From: Octopus sinensis
Taxonomy: Eukaryota
NCBI RefSeq assembly: GCF_006345805.1
Contig: NW_021833859.1
Coordinates: forward strand, 1 to 53,569
DNA length: 53,569 nt
Direction: 5' to 3'
The number at the start of each line of letters is the position of its first letter. Position 1 is the first letter of the stretch. The position numbers and the translations under genes are program-made. Under the pieces are notes generated by a model. The model was not told the origin of the DNA, did not search any database, and worked only from the letters and a program-made list of their open reading frames with translations. Below are positions 23,571-38,000 of this stretch, piece by piece.

Positions 23571-25299
23571 AATGCCGAATCCATATGTGCTTTTTATTGG
23601 ATACTTGATATTGACATGACCCAAAGAGGCAGAAATATGTATTTAGTGATATCGCCACCAATTTTCGTCACCTACTGATATATTCCTGTGTGTTTTTAAC
23701 ATTGTACGTCTTTGAGATGATATCTCAAGACAAATATCGCAGTTTAGCAGGCTTTCAACGATGTATCTATTTTAATATGATACACGAATTGCTGCTTTAT
23801 ACTATGTTTTGAAATATGGAAATGCAACAAGTTTTCAGAATCGTGAGCACACCGGATAAGATGCTTGGCGTCATTTCTACCGGATCTTTACGAGCTGAAC
23901 TCAATTATCGCTGGCTTTATGCGATCAATACAATAGGTACCAAGAAGGACTGGAGACGATGTAATTGAGTTGTTTCTCTCTCAAATTTGCTCGCCATCTT
24001 CCAAAAGTAGAAAGAATTATTTCTCACAATGGAATCCTGAACACATTTCAAATCTTAATCACATTTGAATGAAAAGCTATTATAAGTAGTAAATTGTGTT
24101 TTGTAACAGACGAAGAAACTGACTCGCTTAAACTAGCGCTGTCACAGGTCGTTTTCGTTTGCTTACAGTTTTTCTGACAGCGATTATTTATAGTCGAAGA
24201 ATTTCAAACAGTTCTCTGACACCGAACTATTTTCCAATGACCTCTTCATCTTTGTCATTTTTGTCATTTAACTGCAGGACTCGGTTTTTACGTCTAATTG
24301 GTGACAGTGCAAGTTGAGAGGCGTTTATCTACTGTTCAGGACATCGGTTGAAAATATTTGACACCTGAGAATTCATGAAATTATCCGTCGACGAATTTTT
24401 TCGTGTTATGCATACGAAGAGTGTAAATTCAATTGAGTGTAACAACACTGTCGCTGTGCTTCAAAAAATATTCGTAATAGCCAAAATGTCAGGTTACTCA
24501 CAAGAAAAATGCCAAAACAAAAACACGGCATTTACATAAAACTGTTAAGAAGTCAGAAAGGGATTCATTTCTCAGGTGTATTAATCTCATAAATTCTAGA
24601 TTTTCTCGGTTCTTCTGTAAATCATTTTCGAGTAATCGAGTTGCTGGCTGCCGCGGGTATTGAATAACTGCACCATGAATAATACCAATATTGTTTTACA
24701 GTAATCCATAGGAGGGTTGATGCGCAGCGCAGTAAACTAATAAAGTACAAGGTAAGTCAGTGCTGAGATATTTAATGCATGGAGCAGCAAATAACAAACT
24801 AGAAATAGATGTGAAGCGAGAAGTAAACGGTATGAGTTACGTTAGTTTTATATGAGCCCAGAAATGTTCTTCTGTTTCTTCAAAATACCAATTATAGTTA
24901 TGAATAATGTAACATGTGTTGACTTAACTTTTGGTAAATTCCTTCGTAGAAATAAAACAAAGAATACAATTTATGGTAAAAATAGTTTCTCAGAGTAATA
25001 TAAATCCTGAGATTTTTCAGTAGAAGAAACACCACACCATGTATGACAAAAAAAAACCCAGTCTGATCATGGCTGATGTTCCTTTGACTTTTGGTCTCCT
25101 GTCTCAGACCAGATCTAGATCCGAGGCTAGTAAAGGCGTGTGTCGTAGTGGTTAGGGTATTCGCTAACGATTGAATGACCTGTCAATCGAAGAATTTGAA
25201 TTCAGAACGCAAAGAGCAGAAAGAACTGCTGCTGCGAAGCATTTGTTTTCCGACGCGCTAACAATTCTGCCGAGTTGCAGCCTTAATAATAACCCTTTC

Positions 25300-25860
25300 T
25301 ACTTAGACACAAAGCCTGGAATTTGCGGGACGAGGACTAGTCGATTACATCACTGGTACTTATTACATCGATCCCGAAAGGATGAAAGGCAAAGTCGACT
25401 TGGGCAGAATTTGAACTCAGGACGTAACGGCAGACGAAATACCTATTTCTTTACTACCCACAAGGGGCTAAACACAGAGAGGAGAAACAAGGACAGACAA
25501 ACGGATTAAGTCGATTACATCGACCACAGTGCGTAACTGGTACTTAATTTATCGACCCCGAAAGAATGAAAGGCAAAGTCGACCTCGCCGCGGAATTTGA
25601 ACCCAGAACGTAACGGCAGACGAAATACCTATTTCTTTATTACCCACAAGGAGCTACACACAGAGACGACAAACAAGGACAGACAAAGGGATTAAGTCGA
25701 TTACATCGACCCCAGTGCGTAACTGGTCCTTAATTTATCGACCCCGAAAGGATGAAAGTCTAAGTCGACCCCGGCTGAATTTGAACTCAGAACGTAACGG
25801 CAGACGAAATATGGCTAAGCATTTCGCCCAGCACGCTAACGTTTCTGCCAGCTCACCGAC
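25300..25860 (-). mobile_element. Nin-domain SINE B concatemer (one head plus ~3 units)
   Basis: Units of ~182-187 bp with the same junction as at 19.8 kb. Confidence 0.85.
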
Positions 25861-26329
25861 TTTATAGTAAAGATAATGATAACTGCTTCATATATTACTA
25901 CAAAGTCTGCAATTGGGTTTGAGATTAGAACTTGACTGGTAATTTCTATGTTGTTCCTTTCCTTTTTGATATTTCAAAATTTTTCAATTTCGTTGCCTTT
26001 CATCTCGTTGTGCAATATGGTCAGAAGACTGTGACACAGACGGGAACAAAACTGTTTTTTTGTGTATGTATGTCAGGACATGGAGAAATGGAACGAATAG
26101 GGCTATGGTTGAAAGAATACACGTTGGAATCTCTTCAGGATGGCAATTATTTTGTTATGGTCAAATTTTAGTCAATTACTAATTCTGACGAATGTTGATA
26201 TTGCTGTTGCTGTTGCTGTTGAGCGAAGCTGTCTTCGTCCGAGAGCTCGCAAGATGGGAGAAGTCCGAATCGTGGTTCATTGCTATTCGTAAGACCCGCA
26301 GAAGAGAAAGCAGGTCAACCCCCGATACC

Positions 26330-26572
26330 GAGAGCATCGACGGATGGATGAATGCGCATCCAGACTCAGCGGTTGCGTAGGAAGTCGGGGACAAGAAACA
26401 GGAAGAAAGAGTGAGAGAAACTTGGGGCGAAAGAGTACAACAGGGGTCGCCAACACCCCCTGCCGGAACCACGTGGAGTTTTAGGTGTTTTCGCTCAATA
26501 AACACACACAACGCCCGGTCTGGGAATCGAAACCGCAATCCTCCGACCGCGAATCCGCTGCCCTAACCACTG
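26330..26572 (-). mobile_element. SINE family C (tRNA-Arg-like head)
   Basis: Minus strand AGTGGTTAGGGCAGCGGATTCGCGG...GTTTCGATTCCCAGACCGGGCGTTGTG. Confidence 0.75.
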
Positions 26573-27479
26573 TAATGTTGATGTTCTTGGTGCTATGCTG
26601 TTGTTATTTACAGTTTCTACTGTAGTTGAGGGCATTATGGCTGCTGTGGTTTTTCTTTTTTGTCATTGTTGATATTGGTTCAGCTTTTGTAGTTGCAGAT
26701 CTCTTTTCTCCGGTGCTTTTACTGTTGTTACTGCTTCCTTGTTGCTCACTTTTGTTGTAGTTGTCGTTGTGAATGTGTGAGCAGCGGTGGAACCCTTCTC
26801 CTCCATTTCCAGTTTTGGCTGTATGGGTAGAACTCTCTGAGATTGTCATGTGTTCCACAGACATGGCATCACAATCGTTTGTCAACTCCATTTAGCAAGG
26901 TGCCGAGGTTTGGGATCTGTTCAGGCGTTCAACGCTTTATATGGAGAAGCTTCACTCGAGTAGACTCAACCTTATTCACAACACCCATTCTCTTCACATC
27001 CAGTGACGCTTCACTCCCCTCCAACACTATACATGCCAATAACAACCAGTGATCTAGCACAAGTGGGACTCACGGTACTAACATTAATTCTCTTTTTCTA
27101 ATCTCAGTGGCGAAATCGCTGACACAGACGAACACTGAATATTGTACTACGATGTCTACAGTCTTAAATAGGACTTCGACCTACTGAACTGTTTCATCAT
27201 AAATATATTTTAGATGTCCTACCTACATCGTGGAGAGCCCTTTCTACTTGTGCGTTCGTGGCCATCTTCAGGCAACGAGTTGTTAACTTATGCATCAAAA
27301 TGTAACAGTCTCTCAAGCAGTTGCAATTAGAATTTCAGATGAGGGTGTTAGCTCTTCCCTCCTCCTTTCAATTATTTAAATTAAAGAGTGCTTTCTCATT
27401 TCTCTAACTTATCTTGATTGAAGACACTGTCAAACTTTTATTTGGAGACTATCTCAGCAAAAAAAAAAAAGATAGATAG

Positions 27480-28010
27480 ATATTATTATCGACCACAGTG
27501 TGTAACTGGTACTTATTTCATCGACCCTGAAAAGAAGAAAGGCAAAGATGACCTAGGCGGAATTTGAACTGACAACGTAAAGCGGTGGAAGAAATATGCT
27601 AAGCGTTCGGCCCCGCTGCATTTAGCACCTAATTCAGGCACAATGCCCGCGTTTTTAAGAAGGGCGAAATTGATTAACACTATCATGCCCTTTACTTGGT
27701 TGGTATTTATTTTATGAACACAACAGGGTTGAAAGACAAAGCTGGCTTCGGCTGGGTTTGAACTCAGAACCTAAAGAGCCCGAATTATAATAATAGTGTC
27801 GGTTTAAGAAATAGGGCTAGCAGGTTTGGAGAGGGACGATAGTCGATACCATCAGCCTCAGTAATACTTTATTTTATCATCCCCGGAGTTATAGAAGACA
27901 ATGCTGACTTTGACTGGTTTCGAACCCCGGATGTAAAGGGACGCAAAAAATAATGGAATACAGCAAAGCATATTTCCCCGATGCTTTAACGATTCTGCCA
28001 GTCTGTAGCC
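27480..28010 (-). mobile_element. Cluster of diverged Nin-domain SINE B fragments
   Basis: Repeated GGTACTTATT..ATC..CC..GAAA..GA..AAAG.CAAAG motifs. Confidence 0.6.
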
Positions 28011-28372
28011 TTTAATAAAAATATTATTTCTAATTTAGGCATAGCACTAGCAATGTGGATGTTGAGTGTGAGGTTTACTTGACCGATATTGAATTGAAAT
28101 GGTGAAAGGTCGTTGTCCTCAACGGCCAAACACAATGGATTAAAGCAACACACTGGATTAAACTAAACCCAGTTTTTATATTCTATTTGTATTGTCTACA
28201 CAAAAGAAAAATATAATTTCGCAGTGATTTGAGCTAAAAAAATTAAATAAATAATACAGACGTAATTCAGTAATGATACATAGTACTTTGCATTGTCTTT
28301 TTTTGAATCATGCCCTACTTTCTATAACTCCATTACTATTCTTTTTATAATCTTTACTATTCTTTTTATCGT

Positions 28373-28785
28373 GGAGCGCAATGGCCCATTGGTTCGGGCA
28401 GCGGACTCGCGATTTCGATTCCCTGACCGGGCACTGTGAGTATTTATTGTGCGAAAATACCTAAAGCTCTCTCGAGGAGTCTAATCATGTATATCATAAC
28501 CCCTATGTTTTAACCCGAAACTATTATTATTGGGGGTAAAGACATGTGGCGAAAGAGTAGAGGCTCTACACTTTCACTACAACTTTCTCTCATTCTTTCT
28601 TCCTGTTTCTGTTGTACCTGTATTACAAAGGGCCAGCCTTGTCACACTGAATCTCCCCCGAGAACTACGTTAGGGGTACGCGTGTCTGTGAAGTGCTCAG
28701 CCACTTGCACGTTAATTTCAAGAGCAAGCTGTTCCGTTGATCGTATCAGCTGGAACCATCATCGTCGTAACCGATGGAGCTCCAC
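28373..28785 (+). mobile_element. SINE family C copy
   Basis: Matches 9826-10196. Confidence 0.8.
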
Positions 28786-29066
28786 GATTCTTTTATCGTT
28801 TAATTGTTTCAGTCATTGGACTACGACCATGCTGGAGTACTGCTTTGAAAGATTTTAGTCGAACAGAGTCTAACCAGTATTCGCTTTTCAAGTCTGGAAT
28901 TTATTCTGTCGGTCGCTTTTGCCGAACCGGTAAGTTACGAGGGCATAAACAAAGATGGTTGACAAGTAATGCGGGGACTGACAAAACACAAACATACACA
29001 CTTACACGCACACACATACATACACAAATACACACACGCAGATATATATATAATGTATGTATATAT

Positions 29067-29128
<62 letters not shown>

Positions 29129-29660
29129 TATATATATTTTTTGACTATTTATTAAATTTTATGTATTGATTAAGTCTTTCCTTGTTTGTTTTGCAAAATA
29201 GTGGTTTTGTCTCAAATAATATTTTATATATATATATATATATAAGTGTGTGTGTGTGTGACGGGCTTCTTTCTGTTTCCGCCAACTAGAGCCACCCACA
29301 AGGCTCTGGTTGGCCCGTAGCTACCGTAGAAGAGACTTACCCAAGGTGCTGTGCAGCTGGACAGAAAACAAGACAACATGATCTGGAAGCAAGCCACGCA
29401 TGTTATTTGTCTATCATCAAAATATTGGTTTCAAATTTTGGTACAAGGCTAGCAATTTTAGGAGAGGATATAAATCGATTACCTCGACCCCAGTGTTCCA
29501 CTGGTACTTTTTTTATTCACCCTCACCGAAAGGACGAAGGCCAAAGTCGACCATGTCGGAATTTGAGCTCAGACTGTAAAGACCAACGAAATACCACAAC
29601 ATTTTGCTCGTTGCATTAATGGTTCTGCCAACACGCCGCTTTGTCTTTCTTTCCCTTTTT

Positions 29661-29902
29661 CTTTTACTTGTTTCAGTCATTTGACTGTGACCATGCTGGA
29701 GCACCGCCTTTACTCGAGCAAATCGACCTCGGGACTTATTCTTTATAAGCCTAGTACTTATTTTATCGGTCTCTTTTGCCGAACCTCTAAGTTACGGGGA
29801 CGTAAACACACCAGCATCGGTTGTCAAGCGATGTTCGGGGGATAAACACAGACACACAAACATACACACACACACACACACACCACACACACACACACAC
29901 AC

Positions 29903-29956
<54 letters not shown>

Positions 29957-30119
29957 ATACGGCAGGCTTCTTTCAGTTTCCGCCTACAAAATCCACTCAC
30001 AAGGCTTTGATCGGCCCGTGGCTATATTAGAAGACACTTGTCCAAGGTGCCACGCAGTGGGACTGAACCCAGAACCAAGTTGTTGGTAATCAAGCTACTT
30101 ACCACACAGCCACTCCTGC
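29661..30119 (-). mobile_element. Full-length SINE family A
   Basis: Head to tail match. Confidence 0.88.
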
Positions 30120-30552
30120 ATCTATTGAAAAAAATATTGATTTTTTTTTTGTTTAATAGCAGCAAAACAAATTTTCATAAATAAAAAACGAAAATAGTCC
30201 AAATTAAATTGACCCCCTCCCCCAGTATATCGTGGTGACTATTTTATCGACTTCGATGGAAATAAAATTTCTACCTTAGAAATTCTATCATCAAGAGTTA
30301 AACCTAGCTGCAGTCAGAAATTTAAAATGGCGATCTCCCAATTTCATCACAAACTAATCATTGTGATTATAATGTTGCTGATTGGTGCAATATTTCAAAT
30401 ATTCCATTGTTTCTTGTTATTGTTGTTGCTGCTGCTATTGCTGATGTTGCTTTTGTTGTTGTTGTTGTTGTGATCATTATAGTTGTACTTATTGTTATGT
30501 TCGTTGTTTTAAGTTGATCAAGCGCTGATTTGTGCTTTGTCACATCCCTCAC

Positions 30553-30630
30553 AGTATGTATATATATGTATATATATATATAATATTATATATATATATA
30601 TACATATACACACACACACACATATATATA

Positions 30631-30672
<42 letters not shown>

Positions 30673-30948
30673 CTGCATGTATAGTGTATGTATATATATA
30701 TATAATATATATATATATATATGCATATGTATCTATTATGTATACATATATTTGTATGTATACGTATATTCATATACATATGTGTATATGTATAAACACA
30801 CAGAGGCATACACACCCTCAATCACAAATGATATAAAGATACCTACATATGTATACATATATGCACACATACATATGCATTTATAGGTGTATATATATAT
30901 ATATATATATAATATATATATATACATATATATATTTGTATATATATT

Positions 30949-30997
<49 letters not shown>

Positions 30998-31145
30998 AGA
31001 TGCATATGTATTTATACGTATATCAATATGTATATATGTATACATATTTATGTATTTTGGCTATGCATATGTAATATATATATATATATATGTATGTATA
31101 CATGTATAAATATGTGTATATATATATGTGTGTGTGTGTGCATAT
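30553..31145. repeat. Degenerate (TA)n/(TG)n/(CA)n tract
   Basis: Direct reading. Confidence 0.9.
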
Positions 31146-32016
31146 GTTTAAAAAGATTAAATAATTAAATAAATAAATCAAAAGATTTAAATAGAATAAA
31201 AGGAAACAACACCGCTATTATTTATTGGCAAAAGATCAAAGAACAGTTATTGAATACATAACGACTGGTTGTATATTACACATTCAGATGATACAATACA
31301 TTAGCGCGTCTTTTTATATTAGTATTCAAAATGGCGTAGTATTTTCCAATTCTCGTCTCAGGCAACCGCTCTCTTTCATTAAAATCATTGAAACACATTA
31401 ATCTATCATTAGACGATGACTAAACGGCACAACGCCTAACTTGCAACACGATCTTTTCGTGTTTATATCCTGTCGTAATTTATATTTTTACATCCTTTTA
31501 ACGCCGCTATTATATCGAATCATTTTCACTAAAGTTTCAACAGAAACAAGCTCCCGTCCACCACAGAGACTGTGATGCCCCTACGTACCCCTTTCCCACC
31601 CGCCACACTTGCTAATGGGCCAGGGGTAGGGCTTACATTATTTAATGTCTAGTGTCTCGTGTCTTACATTGTTAAAGTCGATTCTTTACCTCTTTTCCTT
31701 CAAAGAAATGAGGCCGCTCACGTACGTTATAAATATGTATTTTCTCACCATTATATACGTTTGTGTATGTGTAGGTGTGTGCGTGGGTGTAATGTGTGTG
31801 TGTGTGTGTGTGCATGTGTTAATTTGTATGTATTTTAAAGTAAGTTTGAGAGCAATAACGAAATCAGAGTGAAATTTATTGATGGATGATTAACTATATA
31901 TATATATAAATATATATATGTGTGTGTGTGTGTGTGTGTTTGTGTATACATATATATATACATATATACATACATATATACATATACATACATACATATA
32001 TGTATATATATATATA

Positions 32017-35000
32017 TCTCTATATATAAACGGCAGTTTGTCTGTGCGTGCTTCTGTGTGTCTGTTTTCTCGTACCCTCACCCTGACCACGGCTTTCAAC
32101 CGATTCTGATGAAACTTGACACACACATAGCCCAATGTCATAATTCAAAACTAACGCAGCGAAAATTTTGAAAAGTTCCCCCAGTTCTGAAAAAAATTGA
32201 TAAATTCGACATGGGGTCGAGAATCATAAACATGAACCACAGACTGTCTCGAGAATCTAAGCTTTTTTTATGCAACGCATTATCTATGGTAGTTTTCACA
32301 ACTTGCAATCGATTTTCACCAAACTCATGGTGAAGCTTAATGTTACCCTAAGAAACTCAATTCTGACGTTAGTTTTCCATGCAATACCTTACCATCAGAA
32401 ACAATCGATAAAATCATGCCATTTTGGGAAATCGCGTTCAAATTCAAGATGACATATTTTCGACAATATCTTTCACAAATTGGCAGGAATCTTTTTTTTT
32501 TCACAACGAGCATCATGTCTGCTCCAAGGAGCTATATAGCCCTTTTTATTCCAATAGGATACATTATTGGAAAAAATCGGTTAATTTAATCATATGGGCA
32601 CACATAGCAAACAAATTTGTGTATTAAACACAAACCAGACTGTCTAGGGACGCAACGACCTTTTAGCTATCGATAATTCGATCCAACCAATTCCTACCAG
32701 GAAGAAATTACATTCGAGACTTTACCCCCAACACCGCCACTTCTGCTAATAGCTGCTGCAGCCGCAAGTTATTCGAATACTTTTTTGGTTTAAACTTTCT
32801 TTATAACTACCACCCCAAACGTTTTACCTTCAATTTTTGACATACCCTAACGGTCCTCGGACGCTACTTGCAAACTCTTGGTTTATTATAAACCACTTTT
32901 GTCGTGTGCATCAAAAAACTTTTCCTTTCGTTTGTTCAGTTTGATCACTTTTGACTTTTTCGTTGTTGTCACTCACATGCTGCCAGCTTTTTGGCCGTTT
33001 TTGTACATTTTTATACGTTTTCGGATACTTACCCCACGAGCTCCTTTTTATTACACCTTTACCAAACACATTGCTATCCACCAAAATACTTACCCCACGT
33101 GTTCCTTTTATTAACCTTTGCCAAACACATTGCTATCCACCAAAATGCCACCCAAGAAGAGAAGGACCCTCCTCAGCCCTCGGACGGCCAAGGCATCGGC
33201 TGCTAGGGCTAGAAGGGCACGCGAGACCCACGAGGAAACCGCCTTGCGCCTCTCGCAAACAGCTTCCCGTTATGCCGCTGCTCAGGCATCTGAAACTACT
33301 AGCGACCGTTCTACCCGACTTGCAAGGGTCGCAGCGTACAGATCTTCCCTCCGCTCGAGGTTGACGAAAGAGCAACAGTCCAGCCAAACATGCGGGCTTC
33401 TTACTGTGCTTCCATCCGCAGAGCTCGCGAGAACCCCGAACAAAGGGCCATTCGGAATGCGGCTAACGCCACTAGCACTGCCAGGACACGATCTGTCGAA
33501 ACCTCACAGCAGAGGAGAACTCGCCAAGATGCTGACGCCGCAAAAAAGCCATGGCCAAAGCTGCCGAAACACCTCAACAGAGGAGAGCTCGCCAAGCTGC
33601 TAACGCCGCAAACACAGCCAGGCTCGATCTGCCGAAACTCCACACCAACGGACTATTCGGACATCCAGACATGCCATTAACACTGCTTCGCTAGGGCTTC
33701 AAGGGTGCTGAGGCGAGAGCTGAAAGGCTTTCAAGGGATGCCACTGCTACCGCTGAAGCACGTGCATCTGAATCTGCTGAGGCACGGTGCACTCGACTTG
33801 AGAGTATCAACAAACGTCGGGATATCATTCGTGGTGTACGTACCCCTGCCCCCGCTTTCTGGTTGTCACTAGCATTCAACTACGACGCCACAATTAACTT
33901 CCCTTGCGCGTGACGACATCAAGATAGGGTCAATGACAATTGTATGCCAGTTTTGCAAAGCCAAGAAATGGCCCGGAGAGCCACCTGGTTTGTGCTGCTC
34001 TGGTGGCAAAGTGGACCTGCCACCCCTACGGGAACCACCTCAACCACTGAAGGATCTCGCGGCGGGTTTAACCCCCGATTCGTCACAATTCCTTGAAATA
34101 ATTCGAAAGTACAACTGCTCATTCCAAATGACCTCTTTTGGGGCCAAAATCCTCCCAGAGAAGGCTGGATGCCTACTTTCAAAGTGCAGGGACAGGTCTA
34201 CCATCTTATTGGGTCACTTCTGCCAGACGAGATTCAGCAGTCTTCTTTCCTCCAAATATACTTCATTGCCGACTACAACCACCAGGTTGATGCACGCCTT
34301 GGAATAATACCGGGTACAAGCTATGTTCCCCGCAAAGACATTCTTCTCCGTCTCCAAACCATGCTTCATGATATCAACAGCTACGTCTGCAGCTTCAGAT
34401 ATGCCTTGGACAGTGCTCCATCTCCAAACTTCACCGTTGTCATTGATGCTGATAAACGACCCCACGGGGAGCACGAACGCCGTTTCAACGCACCTGCGTG
34501 CAACGAAATTGCCGCAGTTATACACGGAGAGCAACACAACAGCCGTGACATAATCATCTCCTCCCGTGGTAACAACCTACACAGGATCAGCGAGACTCAC
34601 AGATCTTATGACGCGCTTCAGTATCCATTGCTTTTCCCTTATGGGGAAGACGGCTACCACTTCGGAATTCCTTTACGGCAGCCCTCCAATCAAACTACTG
34701 CGGCATCAAAGACGGTTTCCTGCAGGGCGTTCTACTCATACCGGTTCATGGTCAGGGAGGGTGAGTTCAACTTATTGCCCCGTTGTCGTCAGCTATTCAA
34801 CCAGTTCGCCGTCGATATGGCCGCAAAAATGGAATCGGAAAGGCTGCTATACATTAAACTTAATCAGACCAAACTTCGCTCCGACTCCTACATTCATCTC
34901 CGTGACGGTTTGCAACAAGAAATGACCCTCGCAACATCGGCAAGCCATGCATTCTACCCTCCACCTTCACGGGAGGACCGCGATATATGCGTGAAAGGAC

Positions 35001-38000
35001 CCAAGACGCCTTGACCTACGTGCGCATTTACGGCCGGCCGGACCTCTTTATCACCTACACGTGCAATCCCAGCTGCGACGAAATCACTCGCGAACTCCTC
35101 CCGGGTCAATCTCACACCCATCGACACGACATCGTTGCTAGGGTTTTCCGTCTGAATTTGGGCAAAATGAAGGATTTGATAGTTAAGAGTCAGATTTTCG
35201 GGCATGTCAGGTGCCACATGTTTTCGGTCGAGTGGCAAAAGAGGGGCTTGCCACATGCTCACATCTTAATTTGGCTCACTCATAAAATCGAGACTAATGA
35301 CATTGACAAATTCATTTCCGCCGAGATTCCTGACCCCGATGAGGACCCCGGACTCTACGAAATTGTCCGCACTACCATGGTACACGGGCCCTGTGGACCA
35401 AATTACGCCAACACACCATGCTACAAAAACGGATTAGCCTGCTCAAAGGGATTCCCTAAACGGTTCACTTTGGAGACTCAAACAGGCGGCGATGGGTATC
35501 CGCTGTACAAACGAAGGAGTCCAGCCAATGGAGGCCGCACGATTACGGTTGGGCGACATCAAGTGGACACAGCTACATTGTCCCCTACTGTCCTCTCCTG
35601 TCGAAGATATTCAAAGCCCACGTCAACGTTGAGTTCTGCAGCTCCATCAGGTCAATACAATATGTCTGCAAATATATCAACAAAGGCAGCGATGCTGCCA
35701 TGTTCAGCATCCAGAGGACCACCAGTCGCGACGAAGTGTCCAACTACTTGGCTGGCCGGTACCTCAGCAGCAACGAAGCGTTTTGGCGCATTTACGGCTT
35801 CCCGCTCCATCAGAGACACCCGGCTGTGGTGCAGCTTGCTGTACACTTGGAAAATGGACAGCAGATTTACTTCACAGAGCAAAGTGCTGTGCAGATAGCC
35901 ACCAGCCCTAAAGACACAACGTTGACTGGTTTCTTCAAATTATGCCAACGTGATGACTTCGCTCGAACGCTTTTGTACCCACAGGTCCCATCGTACTTCG
36001 TGTGGTCTAAAAACACCTGGGTTCGACGGAAATCCGGCAAAAACGTCGAAAGCTTCCCAGGCGTCAAGTTTGACTCCTGCCTGGGTCGAGTTTACAACAT
36101 CCCGCCAAACCAGCAAGAATGCTTCTACCTCCGTCTCCTTCTACATGAGGTCACTGGTCCAACAGGTTTCGCCAATATACGTACCGTCAATGGGGTTCTG
36201 TGCGACACCTTCAGGGAAGCATGTATGAGACTTGGCCTTCTAGAGGATGACTCCCAGTGGGACGCCACGATGGCAGAGGGTGCTTTACTGCAAACGCATT
36301 CGGCCCTACGACATCTTTTCGCAATCCTTCTTCAAAAATGTCAGCTTATGATCCACTAAGTCTCTGGATGAAATACAGGGATGACATGTCGCACGACTTC
36401 TTACGTACGGCTCAGCAACACTGCCCTTCCGCCGAGATCACGTTCACCAACTTCATTTACAATTTTGCGCTCATTCAACTCGAAGACGCTGTCATCGATA
36501 TGGGTGGGTCTGCTTTAACAGAGTACGGCCTTCCACCACCCACACGTGAACACGCCAATGTTATGTCTGCTGAATTGTTACGCGAAACTTCCTACTGCAT
36601 TGAGGAACTGCACCAGTACGTCCAAGATAATGAACCACGGCTGCTTCCACCAGCGCATAGCCTACAACACCATCGTAGACTCTGTCAGACAGCAACGTGG
36701 GGGGATTTTCTTCCTTGATGCAGCCGGCGGCACTGGCAAAACCTTCGTCACTAAACTAATTCTGGCAGAGATCAGACGCAACACGGACATTGCCCTGGCT
36801 GTAGCTTCCTCTGGTATCGCGGCCACGTTGCTTCCGGTGGCAGAACCGCCCACTCTGCCTTCAGACTCCCGCTCGATCTGGCAAAGTCCGAGTCACCTAT
36901 CTGCAACATCGCCAAGAACTCAGAACAGGCCGACATTCTGCGCAGATGCAAACTCATCGTATGGGACGAGTGCACTATGGCACACAAAGGCGCCCTTGAG
37001 GCACTGGACAGGTCCCTGCAAGACTCTACGGCCCCCATGGGAGGATTAACTTTACTTCTTTCAGGAGACTTCAGGCAGACTCTACCTGTTATTCCAAAAG
37101 GAACCCGTGCCGATGCCGTGCGCGCGTGCCTTAAGTCGTCAGCTCTTTGGGCACATGTGCGGCCCTTGCACCTCCAAACTAACATGCGCGTGCAGTTAAT
37201 TGGTGACAGCGGATCCGCTGCATTCTCCAGGGACCTCTTATCGCTCGGTGAAAATAGGATGCTGTCTGATGCGGATGGCTACGTTCAATTGGACTCACTT
37301 TGCACCATTGTCGACACCCCTGCTAGCCTCCGGGACGCTGTCTTCCACGACCTACAAAACAATTTACGCGACCTAAAATGGCTGGCAGGCAGAGCTATTC
37401 TCGCACCCAAAAATACAACCGTCAACTCCATCAATATCCAGCTACTTGAAGCTATTCCTGGTGATGTCCACGTCTACAAATCTATAGATAGGACAGCAGA
37501 CCCCGCCCAGCTTGCCGATTATCCTGTTGAATTCCTGAATTCACTTGAACCGCCAGGCCTGCCACCACACATCCTGAAGTTAAAAGTCGGTGCGCCAATT
37601 ATGCTCATCAGGAATTTGGTTCCACCTAAACAGTGCAACGGCACACGTTTGGTTGTGAAACATTTGGCACCACATTTAATAAAGGCCACAATACTTACCG
37701 GTTGTGGGAAGGGAGAGGACGTCTTCATTCCACGGATGCACCTTCAACCGTCGGGCGCTGACCTACCAATCCACTTCAGGCGTTCTCAGTTTCCTGTTAA
37801 ACTCTGCTTCGCAATGTCCATCAATAAATCCCAAGGTCAAACGCTACAAGTCGCTGGGTTACATTTGGGCGAACAGTGCTTCGCCCACGGTCAACTCTAC
37901 GTGGGCTGTTCACGCGTTGGGAGGCGCAATGATGTTTTCATGTTTTCGCCCAAACGGACAGCTAGGAACATCGTATATACAGAAGTATTCCAGTGAAGAC

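Noticed and set aside
19690-25860. Regular repeats as a CRISPR array
   Set aside because: Units are ~180-bp SINE bodies with no unique spacers, no cas genes, and a eukaryotic context.
26604-27052. Thr/Ser/Asn-rich minus-strand ORF as a mucin-like exon
   Set aside because: It looks like a decayed (AAC)n tract, with frame changes, stops and no convincing splice sites.
32100-32125. CTGATGAAAC in the Helitron 5' end as a hammerhead
   Set aside because: No room for stem II; it is a subterminal motif.
33025-33095. ATACTTACC twice (U1-like; a 5' splice site on the minus strand)
   Set aside because: Only 9 nt match and no U1 stem-loops follow.
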